Of a stretch of 64,000 bases of DNA, positions 24,741 to 37,942 are shown piece after piece. The DNA is taken from positions 45,634,001 to 45,698,000 of the forward strand of contig NC_087251.1 in assembly GCF_037042905.1 (NCBI RefSeq), read 5' to 3'. A model generated the notes under the pieces. That model was not told the origin of the DNA and made no database searches. It saw only the letters and a list, made by a program, of their open reading frames with translations. Origin of the DNA: Lytechinus pictus (taxonomy: Eukaryota). Made by a program: the position numbers and the translations under genes. Position 1 is the first letter of the stretch. Each line of letters begins with the position of its first letter.

Positions 24741-27700
24741 AAACCAGTCATTTCACGAAAAATTCAAACTTAAAGAGATGCAGACTTGTTTTCATGCTTG
24801 TTTTTAATATGAATCGTCAAATGGGAATCTGTAATGGTATTTATGTATTGATGTACTGAAATAGAGGTTCTTTCAGAATGCATGTTCAATATAAACATCT
24901 GGAGAAAGGGAAATAAAGTCTTGAAATTGTTGCTTTCGAGGTGGTTATGATGGCTTTTAAGGATTGCTAGACTGCTTTTCATGTAAACACTCAATGTGAG
25001 TGATGGCAAATTACCACAGTGGTGCCACACACATCAGTCTTCTTTATTGACACTGATCTTGAGGATGATAAATGTTTCCTGTTCTACGCAGCAATTGAAT
25101 GGATCTGGTGAGCATTTCACGAAACAAATTTGTGTTGTATTTGTTATAATCCTTGCATCTGATTGGCTCAAAGCAACATAGTCAGTGAAAATCGCTATTT
25201 GTTTCATGAAAATAATGAAATACTTCCCTAGACTCTTTAAAAGATGGATTTTTGTACCTTTATGCGATTACATGTATATGTAAGCAATATGCCTATTGTA
25301 CAATCAAGGACAATTCCTGCATTTCGTCACAACCCTGATTGAGTATGTCGAAATGTAAATCAGTTTGCTCATTGAAAGCAATTAACTAGGCCTGCATCAT
25401 TTGTCTGAGCACAGATTTGTCAGGAACAACTTTTCTCTTTTGGGGAAGGTGGGGTCTTCTTAAATACTTCGTTTATGCAGTCATCTTCCTCCCATTTTTC
25501 CAAACAGTTTAAAATGATACACTACATTTATTCAAGGGTTTAAAGCTGCTGTTGAAAAGAAATGCTAATGTGTATAAATGACTCAGCCCTAATGCCAGAG
25601 CAAACAAGATTTAACCCATATTTTGTGACTAGAGTGAAATCACAAACGAATCAACTGCAGAAGGACTGTTGGCTGCAAATGCAAAGCTCTAGCACAAACT
25701 GTGTGAAATCTACAGGGTACAAGAGAGTTATGCCCTTGTGTCAGCCACACAAGAATGGGAGTAGGTCTTATAGATTAATTTATGCATATAAAATCCTGAT
25801 GTTCTGCACGCCAGGTGAAATGTTAGCTTTATATTCATTCTTTTTTTTTATCAAGGATGTGATATGCTACGACCAGTATGAATGGGGCAGTGTACATCCC
25901 TCAGCATCTCCACATCAGCCCTCTAGCAACTATGCAAATATCGACTGAGATGAGAAATGGCAGACTGGAACCAGCTTGAACCTTTATTTACATTGGATGG
26001 CGACTAGACAGCAGAGAATGATGAATTGGAGATGATTGAAGGTCAAAAAGTACTTCTAAAATCAGCACATGGCACTAATCCTCTGATTGGTCAATATAAT
26101 ATATATTAATATTACGGTATTGATTTATATCAGCAGTCATCAGCTTCTGTTTTGAAATCATCAAGGCATACGCCTATGTTTATCTTAATTTGTTGAGATA
26201 TTGTTGAGGAAGCCTATATACTGTACTGTAGATTTCAATATGTTGACCAGGAATAAATAAAGTTAAACAACCAATGTTTTCTGAAACAAGAATGATCACA
26301 TGTACTGTACAGTTGTATGAATACAGAATATTGATGAAATAAATGCATTAACTGCCATACATCATACATGTACATGTAATGCAAAAACACTATTTATTTC
26401 ATTAGGTCTACTTCATGAAAATGCAACTATAAAACTTGAAATCATACTTGAATGCACATACTCATATAATCCCCATGGAATGTACATGTACACTTTTATT
26501 ATTATGTACATTTCAAATACTGTTGAAATCTTGGTCAAAAGCCAATTGTAACACACCCCAAACAAACCTAAAGAGTACTACAGTATTCGTTGGTCTACAT
26601 TCCTTCACCATTGAGCATACTCTTTTGGGGTTCTGAATTATGTGTTGAGTGTTGACATACAATTCTTCAATTACAGTATAAAGACGAGGGAAAATGATGA
26701 TAATAGTAGGAGATGTAATAATACAAGTACTCTTTTTGGTTCCTCTATTCCCATTTTCAAGAATCCAGGTTGGCCTCTGGGATCAGACATGGGATACAAT
26801 GGTCAGAAATATGCACCGATCCTAATGTCAATAAATTGAACAATCATAGCAGAAGTAATAGTAATAATAGTGCACTTCTGATTCCACTACATGTACCTTA
26901 TTTTCAAAGAAGGATCCCGGTTTTTAGCCTATGGCACCAGACATGGAATACAATGGTCAGAAATATGCACTGATCCTAATGTCAATAATTGTCTCAATGC
27001 TCAAGCATACCACCACCATTCAAAATCCACCACAGTAAAAGAAAATTTCATGGGGAAATTGTGATTTAGAGGTACCGGTATTAACCCCCCCCCCCCCCCC
27101 CCCTCCTCCTCCTAAAGAGACCTATGGACCCTGTGACATAGAGCTTGGTCATGGAGTTGATGTTTAAAGTTGATCATACACAATTATCAATGCAATCGAT
27201 CATAAAAAATCAGCCACATAATCAACTGCTAAGCATTCTGTTACAGGGCCCAGAAGTAGGCTATTCATACTGACAACTGACAGTGAATTACAAGTTGTGT
27301 TGCCTTCAAATAACCATTTTCCCAGAGAATCAAGTTTTTCACGGAGATTGCACTTCAAAACTTGGTTATCCTCACTTGGCTGATGAAAGGGCGTTAGGAT
27401 TTTGCATGTACGTCAATTCACATTCCTTTGGTCAGGTGGAAGGGCGGCGAATCTCGCGCATGTTGTACATTTCGTGTCGCGAACAATGCGAAGCCTCGAG
27501 TCAATGACACAATGGAAGCCACACAGGAATTGAAAATCACTTTGCATGCCCGACCTATCGCCTTCAGTCAGCCAGGCAACATTATTACAGTTATAATTCA
27601 AGCCATTGATATGTTCTAATTATTGATAAGACCATTGATCACTCTCATTTATTATACAATACAAAAATTAGCCCTCCTCTGTATTAAAATAGAACAGGAT

Positions 27701-29439
27701 TGTAAATGTATAGAAGACCAAATTGGTTTGGCCTACATTGTATCGTCCAAATTCAGACTAGCATGTCTACTGTAAAGATAACAAAATAATCCACAAGATC
27801 TTTGTAAATCCCTTTGTCTGTGGACAGATTTCGACAATATAGGCCCTAAAGCAATCCTTGAAATCCCTCATAAAATAAATCTCCATTGTATTGCACAGGA
27901 AATGATGTCTGAATTCATAAGATGAGGATTATATTATGCATGCCTGCATCTAAACAAAATGATACATGTACCCATGGATATGTCAATGCCATACTGGCGT
28001 AGCCAGTAAAATATTCAATAAAAATTTGATGTTTCATGTACATGTATGCTTAATATTAAAAAGTTTGAAAAGTGAAGTATGTTTTTTCTTCTTACATTTT
28101 AAGTTTCTATCAACTTAAAGTTCAACATGAACCACTTGTTGAGATGGTAAACAGTGTACTACAGTACATGACATACTTTCGTGAATCTAGGGCAGAGGTA
28201 TACTACATGAAGGCCTACTACATAGAAATTCCTAGATGTGAATATAACGTTTCTGTTTGAAACAATATATAATTTTTTTGAAACAAACTTTTGATAAACC
28301 AATCACAACATTGGTGCAATTATTTTAAATTGATATTAATTCCTTTCAGTTTAAATTTATAATTGCTGAATTTTATTTTTTTTCACTGATCTAAATGTAC
28401 CTGCATACCTTTAACGCAACAACTACATTTACCAGCACCAATAGAATCATGGGAATGGCAAAATGTTCCCTGAGACATGAGAAAGCAACAACTGCTGTTG
28501 TCACACACGGTCGGTGAGTGACTAAACCTGACGAGACCGTCTATAACAAGACCAGGGCTTAGCGACTCGGGCCAACGGGTCAAACGGCAGGAAACAGAGG
28601 CTGAAGGAGACAGGCTCATCAAGCTCATGTGCTACTGAATTACGGACCACGTGATTATTTGAAACAAGAGGGGGGGGGCTTTTGGATAGGCCTAGTCACA
28701 AATCCTTGTACATGCGGTTATTGTAATTAACCTAACACTTGTCTGACACATCTCATCAAAGTTTTCACAAAATAGCACAGTATTTTACAGTTAACACGTC
28801 GTTGAATAGTAAGGTAAAATAGTGAAATAAATAAGAAAGGCTTGCGATTTTGATAGAAGAACATGAACCTTCTAATGCGTAAAAGAAATTTCAAAAAGTT
28901 CTTTCAATGACAACATTCTTGGTGAAGAATTGACAATCATATGTCAGCAGTCCATTCCATCACTCAATTAAAGTCTGTTTCCTTTTCAGAGAAGGAATGC
29001 TAACTGGCCTCTGCATCTACCTCTGTGTTAATGAACGATTTTCATTTTTTTTTTTTTTTAATATATGATTGTGTACAAATTTTATCTGGAATTAAAACAT
29101 TTGTGATTGTCTCAAATAAATGCAGAAACTCCTATCTATAGTTAATAAATACATAAAATACATGTACATAAATACATAAATCATGTAGTCATCCTGTATA
29201 TATGTAGGCCTATTTGAATACAGAGTGAATAATAAAGGATTAACAGTTCATGGAATTACCATGGAGGTAAATGGAATTACACACCGCAATCCATATATGT
29301 ACATTTAGCCTACTGTTGAGCTTTGTGATAATGATGGTTCTCATAGAACAAAGTGGAGGGTCAATGGATGACAATCTTAATGACCGATAGTGATAAGCCA
29401 TCTTGTTTGCATACAGGAGAAACAATTAAGACAGATATA

Positions 29440-29987
29440 CCCTTTTTACACACGCTAAAATTTCCTTAACCCCGTACTATAGGTGGGGCTAAATGGCAAT
29501 TTAGCCCCACCTATAGTACGGGGTTAAGCTTAGCCCACTTTCTTTTTACACAGCATTTTTGCAAAGTGGGCTAACCCCACCTTTAGTACGGGATTATTTG
29601 GCCCTGCAAAAAAGCAGGGTTATCCCAGCAATTGCGGTGCTAAGAGCGATAGTACGGGGTTAAGATCGCTAGTGTAAAACGAAAGTGGGCTAAGCTTAAC
29701 CCCGTACTATAGGTGGGGCTAAATGGCAATTTAGCCCCACCTATAGTACGGGGTTAAGGAAATTTAAGCGTGTGTAAAAAGGAATGAACCCTCAGTGTGC
29801 TCGTGAATATTCATGAGCTACCACTAGTCCGGGGTTAGCGAGATTCGTGTGTGAAAAGCAAGCATTCCTTATCCGGGGTTAGCAATAACGATTTGGCATG
29901 TGTGAAAAGGAAAAAAGATAGTACGGGGTTAAGGATAGTACGGGGTTAGCGATAGTCCGGGGTTAAGAAAATCCTGTGTAAAAAGGG
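29440..29987. mobile_element. TA-targeting palindromic MITE, family CCCTTTTTACACA, copy 1
   Basis: TA|CCCTTTTTACACA ... TGTGTAAAAAGGG|TA; multiple TTAACCCCGTACTAT / TAGTACGGGGTTAA motifs. Confidence 0.85.
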
Positions 29988-32817
29988 TAATAGAGACATT
30001 TTATAGAAAGGAGGACAGGATTCTTCGACAATCATGTTGACATTTCCTACTATACAGCATTCTTTCATTATTAGGAAATCATGTACATGTAGGATAATGC
30101 TCTGCACAGTCACACCATGCTGGAAAATGAATTGAGACTGACCAATGACATGCCATCTGACACAATATAGCTTTGATCTATCTGGAGTCAATTTCACCGA
30201 GTGTGACTGCAGCCTTAGATTGCGAATACTGTATGCATTTAAGATGCAGATTACATCAACTTGCATTGCTTTGCATCCCCATAAAAGATCAAATAATTAT
30301 CATATGCCATCATTTTCCCACGACACTGCCTATACTAGAAGTTCACCTTGAACAACAATTAGCATTCCACCACTATACATGTATATAGATGCGATGAACC
30401 ATCATTTCTGTATTTGAACTCTATATTCATTTCATTCATTAGCATTATAAATCTTGCCTTGGAAACGACAGTTCCCACCAAATATTGAGAAGGTATTAAA
30501 ATTGGGTTGACAAATACACAGCAAGTGATTGCTACTGACTTGTTTTGTAGCAGAGAAAGAATGCTGAATTCACTATTCAGAATTATTGATAAACACTCAA
30601 TTGACGAGTGATAATACAAGTGATAATCTCTCTCATAATCAGGTATTACAAGCCCAAGAAATTGAATAGAATCCGCTTTCAAAATATAACTGGGGCATCA
30701 TTCATTGTATGAAAATAGATCTGGTACAACTTAAAACCATGGATAATGCTTGCTAAAGAGGTGGATTTAGCTTTCTTTGAGTACCTGCCTTCTGCTGCCT
30801 TTCCCACTCTATTGCAAAGTAGCCTACATTCAGGACTTTTTGGATTACCTTTCTTACCACACAATTTTTCTGGTCTCTAGAAATAAAGTTTTGAAAATAT
30901 TTGTCTGCATTAAAAGTGATATTACAAGATATCACCAAACACGCAAGTCATTTTTTTTATTCAAGCAATAAAAATTAAAAACTTTGTAATATATGAATGC
31001 CAGCTGCCTTGAATAGATAAATTCGAGCAAATACATGTACCTGTTTAAAACAGGTCTAGTTGTATATAAATCCTACCAGAAGTCTGGATTTCATTCTAAC
31101 TCATAAACATTGGTGGCGAATGGATCAATACACGGGCCGACTGACTAACCATGCAGATCAATTGAAAGCGGTGGTGCGCAGGCAAAGACAGATAACGACA
31201 CTCAATGGTTTTTACAGTTTCCCGACCATCTTCGGCTGACAATTTTAATGGTGAAGCCATCAGTCTTGATAGGACATATCCTGGGGACTGTCACATAAAG
31301 CTTGGCGATTGATCCCAGGCAGATTTTTTACAACTGATCATACTGTTTCATACACAATAATCAATGCAATGAATCATAGAAATCAACCCTACAATCAATC
31401 GCGAAATTTTATGTTACAGGGCCCTGAGATAAAAATGAAGATGGTAATGCAACGTGGAGAGGTCCTGTAATTGACCGAACATTGAACAGCTGGCACTGTA
31501 GGGATAAGTACTCCAAAGATAACAGATGGATTGGTCCAATTTCAGTCCATCCTGACCTAGATGATAAATCCTGAACCAATCAACCAATTCAAGATTAAGA
31601 TTTAAATCTAGGGATTTTATACTCTAGATCATACAGGGCTAAATTCTTATAATTCTCCACAAAACATGTGGAAATTAAAGCGGGATTTATTACGTGAATT
31701 GATTCATACTTTGCATTGTCTGATATGCCTCCCTTTACATTTCTATGGCTGACATCTTTTATGGAGTCCTCAGATTTACATATTTTATACAAATCATCCA
31801 CACACCACATTTTCACTAAAAACTCCACATTTCCGATGAAATCTGTAGATCTAAGAAGTATCAAATATATTTCAGGATGGCAGGTTGTGACTTATTTCCA
31901 CCACTGAAATGATGTGTTAGGCTACATGCACAATGTACTTGTAGCAAGAAATTTAGAAGGGAATCATAATTCCCTGCTTGTAGTTCGCTGCTGTATGTTC
32001 GTACAGGTTTGGAATCCTTTCTCTTTATTGACCTAAAGTCAACGAAATTACATTTCAGACTTTTTAGGTATCATTCATTACGTACATATGCCTGCTAAAT
32101 TTTCTTGAACTTGAAGTTTACAAGACATGTAAATCATTACATCTCTCTTCACGGAATCCCTTTTTTTTTCATTCACTTCCATTCTGCAAAAGTATACTCT
32201 TCTCTTGTCTTTTCTTCTTCTGTTCAATGCCAAACCCCTTTGTTCTTGAGCAACTGTTCACCACCACCACCACCATCATCCAAAGCCCCAAGACAAGCTA
32301 ACATCTGTAGATATGTCCTTCTATTGTGGCTTCCAATCAATATCTAACCATCCATGATTGACTAGGTACGGCAGACATGCAAGGCGAACCCCACAAAGAC
32401 AATTTTAACAGTTAGCTTTTCATCAAGTGCAACACTAGATCGCATACAATGTACATCTTGATTTCTGCTCCTTTGAGATGCACACACATACAGTATATGA
32501 CAAGGCTCGTCAGAAATGTTGTCATAAGACTGGAGCATTTGATTGAATGTTACAGTATGAAAGATTTTGTATAGAAGTTTACATTACAAGGCCGAGTACT
32601 GCATGTATGTTATCTTTATTGATTTCCCCCTCTATTACAACTGAAAACCCTTTAGACACTTTCACTTTATAATACTTCATCCACTGGTACTTCTGACATA
32701 TAGGCCTCGTACAGTACATTCTTATTTCATTTATATAGACCCCCCTATTGATTTACCACTCGTGGGATGGAACACCCGATCAGCAAATGCTGTTTTTTGT
32801 AGGGGCCCATACATGTA

Positions 32818-33048
32818 CAGTGGTACTAAAAAGTTAGTGAACCCCACCAGGATATTTCAAAGTGTTCAAGTTCTGCCATTGTTATACTATTGTGAAATCA
32901 GGTGATAAAATATTACATTCAATAAAGTTTGTTTCTCTGGGCTCGCTGCCCAACATTGTAGTGTTGCTGTCTAGTGTCTATATTCAACACTCAGCATGAA
33001 GGGGTGAATTTTGTGGTGGGGTTCACTATAAACTTTCCAGCACCACGA
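32818..33048. mobile_element. Tc1/mariner-type MITE
   Basis: TA|CAGTGGTACTAAAAAGTTAGTGAACCCCACCA ... TGGTGGGGTTCACTATAAACTTTCCAGCACCACGA|TA. Confidence 0.65.
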
Positions 33049-35398
33049 TACAAGTGTGCCTTTCTTTTTCATGCCTGTTTAATAATTTAGACTCTTCATA
33101 GTTCATGTACATGCCACAGTTATGAATGCATGTATTTAAGTATTGACAAGAACAAAGTCCTTGGCAAATGTACAGGTGGTACATGTAAGCCTATAGGCCT
33201 ACATGAAGTAAACAAAACACATTTTATTGCACAATGCTAACATTTTATAGGGCTCCACATCGCCCTTTGTGTATGCCATCTACATGTAGTTTGAGCAAAA
33301 ATTGAATCAATTCAACATCGAATTGGCATATATCTATCAATGAAAACATAATCAGACCTGAATGATGATATTTGTTCATGCAGGCAGCAGGGGCACTTTC
33401 ATAGAATGCCTCATAACTCTTAAGAAATATGCGATGAATTAAGAAAATTATTCTGAATCTTTCTTTATTTCATACATGTCATGCCAAGTTAAGCAGAAAA
33501 CATTATGCATAGTCCTATATACATGTAGGCCTAATGTATGTAAACATTGTAGACCTACATCATAATTATCCAAGCAAATTTTCCACTTCGTCAACCTTTC
33601 AAGTACAGCAAATGTACAAGTACTCTAAAAACTTCCCACTCCATGCATGCCACTCGAAAACTGGAATCAATTGTATTAGACCCTTTTCTACAATCCAATA
33701 GGAATTTGCAGGGTTTTTTGGCACTGGATCTCCGAGAAGTTTAGCAAACAACACACTACAGAGAAGCCATTCAGATTTCATTTGTCACTGAATGAAGACC
33801 TCCCCAACACTTGATTAGAAAGGTCTATATACCACTGGATGTACCTTGTAAAGCGAGCAGAAAGTGTCTTAATTTTGAAGGGCCTCCCAAATACTTGGGC
33901 TTTAACTCTTTTTGCTGCTGGAGTGATTTGATTGGGGAGGGGGTAATAGACACTATAAACTGTAATCATCTTATTTTTTTCTTGAAATTCTAATCTCATT
34001 CGAGCTGATTTACAGATGAATATTTCATGTACAAGCACACAGACTGTGTGCACACTTGCCATATCAACTGAAGACTGTTTTTAAGCCATGTCCAAGTTTA
34101 TAAACTAAATCTAAAGTCAGTATTATGTCAAACCTATCATCTACGTTGATAAATCTTAATACCGAATACAGACTGCGTAAACTTCCCATGGTATAAAAAT
34201 GCCAAAAGTTTTTACACCATCAAAATATTGGTAAACCCAAGCTATTTAACCCACTTCTGATAAGCATTAAGCATCTGGCCATACTTTAGGATTATACTCC
34301 ATAATCCTACATTCCTAATCCCACAGTTGGTGGATTGAGGATAAATCCCATTTACTGCAATCTCCTAAAGTATGTAGAACTTACTTACATTCTGCTACTT
34401 AGCAGGAGAGAGTAATACAGTGTAACTTGTAAGTCATCACATCACCAATTCATTTATCATTTGAAGGCAAACTGAACAATTACCATTCTTCGCAACCGAG
34501 AATGGAAGTTTTCTTTGCCATAAGCTTTCCTCATAAAATCCAAAGCAAGAGATTTATTAACATGAAAAACATTCTTTCTTGAAGTCCGGACCATTTGGGG
34601 AGGGAGGAAGGAATAATCATAATTCAAAATGTGTTCTTCTTTCGAAATGGATTAAAACATTCTCCCACACATTTGTGCATTCTTTTTTTTCCAATGCAGC
34701 CATAATCCAATCCTAAAGTACAAATAACTCCCCAAACTACAGGTTTCTTCTTTCTTTCTTCAGCTATTCTTTTCTCCTCCTCCCAAGCAAATCTCATGGA
34801 TGTTGCACCAAGTACATCATGCTGAGTAATGCAGAATGTTCCTGGCTCAGATTTCACCCTCCCCAAGTGAACTTGACCCCGCCCTCCATTCAATGGCAAT
34901 ACTAATTTCAAGTGGTTGCATACATGACAAGGGAGATTTGTGATGACGTATGGAATGTTTGAAACGGCACCCAGAACTCTCCAAATAAACAGTCCCCGCC
35001 CCTGGGCTCTAAGCACCTGTGAACATGAATTCAGACCATCCTGATCACCAGATTACCCCGGAAATTCACAAGAACATGTACAGACCTCAAAATACCGATA
35101 TAATTTATTTTTCTGCATTCATACCAACCCAAAGTAGCATCTTTATGGGTAAGTTTTCAAAGTTACAAGTATGCAAAGTGTGGTCTGACTAGCAAATAGC
35201 AGACATGATGCCAAATTCAAAATCGTTGAAGTCAGCAGCCCATGGTGCCCGTACCTACTGACAAAATACCTGCGACCTTGGAAGACTCCCTGCAAACTTT
35301 CTTGTAATTCGAACAAGTTGCTCCTATTTTTTTCTTTTGGGAATATTACAAATAGTTTGCTTTCACATTAGCAGAAATACCTGGTACTGCCTGTACAG

Positions 35399-35717
35399 GG
35401 GAGCGTTTCATCAACATTTTTGTCCGACAAGTTGTCGGATCTGACATCTTTCCTTGATTTTGATTGGCTGATAAGCAATGTTACTATGGTAACTGTCGGA
35501 TAAAATAGGACTTGTCGGATAAAACGTCTGACAAGTCCTTTCATGAAACGCTCCCCAGGCTAGAGCGTTTCATCAATATTTTCATCCGACAAGTTGTCAG
35601 ATCTGACATCTTTCCATGATTTTGATTGGCAGAGAGGCACTGTTCCTATGGTAACTGTCGGACAAAATGGGACTTGTCGGATAAAACGTCCGACAAGTCC
35701 TTTCATGAAACGCCCCC
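35399..35717. mobile_element. Tandem pair of ~160-bp MITEs (GGGAGCGTTTCATCAA family)
   Basis: Two direct copies flanked and separated by CAG; TIR GGGAGCGTTTCAT / ATGAAACGCTCCC. Confidence 0.8.
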
Positions 35718-36574
35718 CAGGGTAAATTTCCAAATCAGAGAATAGCTGGTTTTTGCGTACACGTACTTCAGTCAGTCTGAATACATGTACATGTAGTCCT
35801 ATGACTTTTGCGATTTTAATCATCTCGAGATTCAAGAAAGCTCAACCCTTGAACCAGAAGGATCCATGCATGAGAATGAAATGTGAAATGTGTTCTTGGG
35901 CTGCAGAGCAAGCATGTTTCAGCTCGTTTTAATGGTACATTGTACGTGTCGGAATGGTGTCCTGAATAAATTTTCTTCAGCCAAATCGAGTGTCTCCACC
36001 TGTGGGTTAGCTGGATGATTCCTGTACGAAACTGAAACTAAGACACAGCTCTTAATACTTTCGGTAGACATTTTTTCAAGGATTTCTACTATTCACAATT
36101 GATTTATCCTATGTTTTGTATGTCACCAAACATCACCAAAGAATTGTTATTTCAGAAAATGGAAAACTGGGATCTCTAGCCTTATCTAATTACGTACTAC
36201 AGTACAGCCCAAAAATAAAAGTGCAGTACAATGCATTATGAGCTTTATCAAAATATGAACAAGAGCTGTACATGTACATACATTGTAGGGCTACTTTGAA
36301 TATCAGAGACTGCAACAATGCTGCCACCTAATATGCATCTTTCATAAGCGCTCCTGTGCTATTTAATATGCCAAGCAAGTGTTTGGACTTTGTACAAGCA
36401 GGGAAGTGGGAGTCGGCTGGTACAAGGGCCAGGTGAGGACACACTCCTCTGTGACCTCGGATGAACTCTCCAATTGCCCATAATCTCCCGATCAATGGAA
36501 GTTTCTCCTGGGGTCAAACTACCCACGAAGGGTATTCCATCTGTTTTTATCCCACCTCCCACACTACCATGCAC

Positions 36575-37904
36575 CAGGGAAGTGTTATAGAAGGAAATGA
36601 AACTCGAAAAGTAAGATTTTATTGCCCCCTTTAGGCAAATCCGAAGTGAAATTGAGAGGGGACACCCTGCTGATAACTGCTGATAAGTCTCTCACCAGCC
36701 CCCAAAATACCCCTGCAGGCCGCAATGATTACGCAACCAAGGCTTACTTTTATCGCTTTCCCTGCCTCGCTCCTAATCTCCGCTCTCCTAGCCAAACGAC
36801 TTCGTCTTTTGATCTCACTACCTCGGAGCCGATAACATGACGTCATTTACATGATTTCTCAATAGCTGAGTTCAGAGTGAAAAGTTATATGTACACGTTT
36901 TGGCTGCGCACTACTCTGTTGATTGCTGTAGACATGCGTAGTTATCACATTCGCACCCAGTGTATTCTAACGATTCAGCCGATATCTCATTCATCAAATT
37001 CACCCTTCGTATACCGGAGTAACAATGTTTGTTATCTATTTGTTTACATTTTTGTATATGATATGATATATAGATTTCATTGTATGACCCGCTAATCTTG
37101 GCTATTCTTCTGTTATATGTAAGTGAAGAGGAATAAAATATCTTTATGATGGTAGTTGTCTCATTGGCGTGTTCTCGCGTGCCTAAAAGTTATGGTACTT
37201 CAAAGTTGGTTGATTTTCACCGAAATCTCCAGTTTGGCCGTTGATCGACTCGATTCGAGCGCCACGCGTGCACGGAAAGCGACTTTCGTGCAGCTGAATA
37301 ATGGTATAAGATTGCATGGAAATGACCATGATTTATTTATTTCAGTTTATGTTCCATTATTAAATCATTAAATGCTGTGTTTGGTGGGCTTTGGGAAGTT
37401 TCATTTTAAGTTCAGTTTCGATGGGAACGATTTTGCGTGCGGCTCAGGCTGCACAGCTACCGGGATAGCGTAGGCCCGGAGCGCAGGCTTACGAGGTGTA
37501 TACCAGGGAAGTGTTAGCAATTGGACAGCTTGGTCCGCGACATTGAATCAAATTTTCCGTAGACGGAATGTCACATGTGCAAACAGATGATGCCAAGTCG
37601 CTGACTTCCCAAACGGAGGGCTCTAACAGCAATTCTTCGTCGAGAATATCGTCAATGTCACTGTACTGTGTTTACATTCGGCGTCCATCTTAGCAGACAA
37701 GCCTATCCCATATTGCACTGCGCGAGTCCTGTACTTCCGCCTACTGTCGCGACCGTGAGCGGACTTTACGACCGACCGCAGGGGATCATTTTACGAGCTT
37801 ACCTGATAGAGTGGGATTAAGCCAATTATGGAGAATAACAACGGCTCCGCGCATGCTACAAAGGGAACTTTTCGAGTTTCATTTCCTTCTATAACACTTC
37901 CCTG
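36575..37904. mobile_element. Non-autonomous DNA transposon, P-superfamily-like
   Basis: Perfect 38-bp TIR CAGGGAAGTGTTATAGAAGGAAATGAAACTCGAAAAGT (36575-36612 / 37867-37904). 7-bp TSD CATGCAC (36568-36574, 37905-37911). CA..TG ends with a 7-8-bp TSD fit P elements. Confidence 0.8.
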
Positions 37905-37942
37905 CATGCACCACCCAAACCCAAACCATTCATGGACAGTCA

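Noticed and set aside
31595..31864. 89-aa minus-strand ORF
   Set aside because: No recognisable motif and no in-phase splice signals found.
34624..35016. 130-aa minus-strand ORF as a gene
   Set aside because: Non-ATG start and no domain similarity; the region looks more like promoter/leader DNA.
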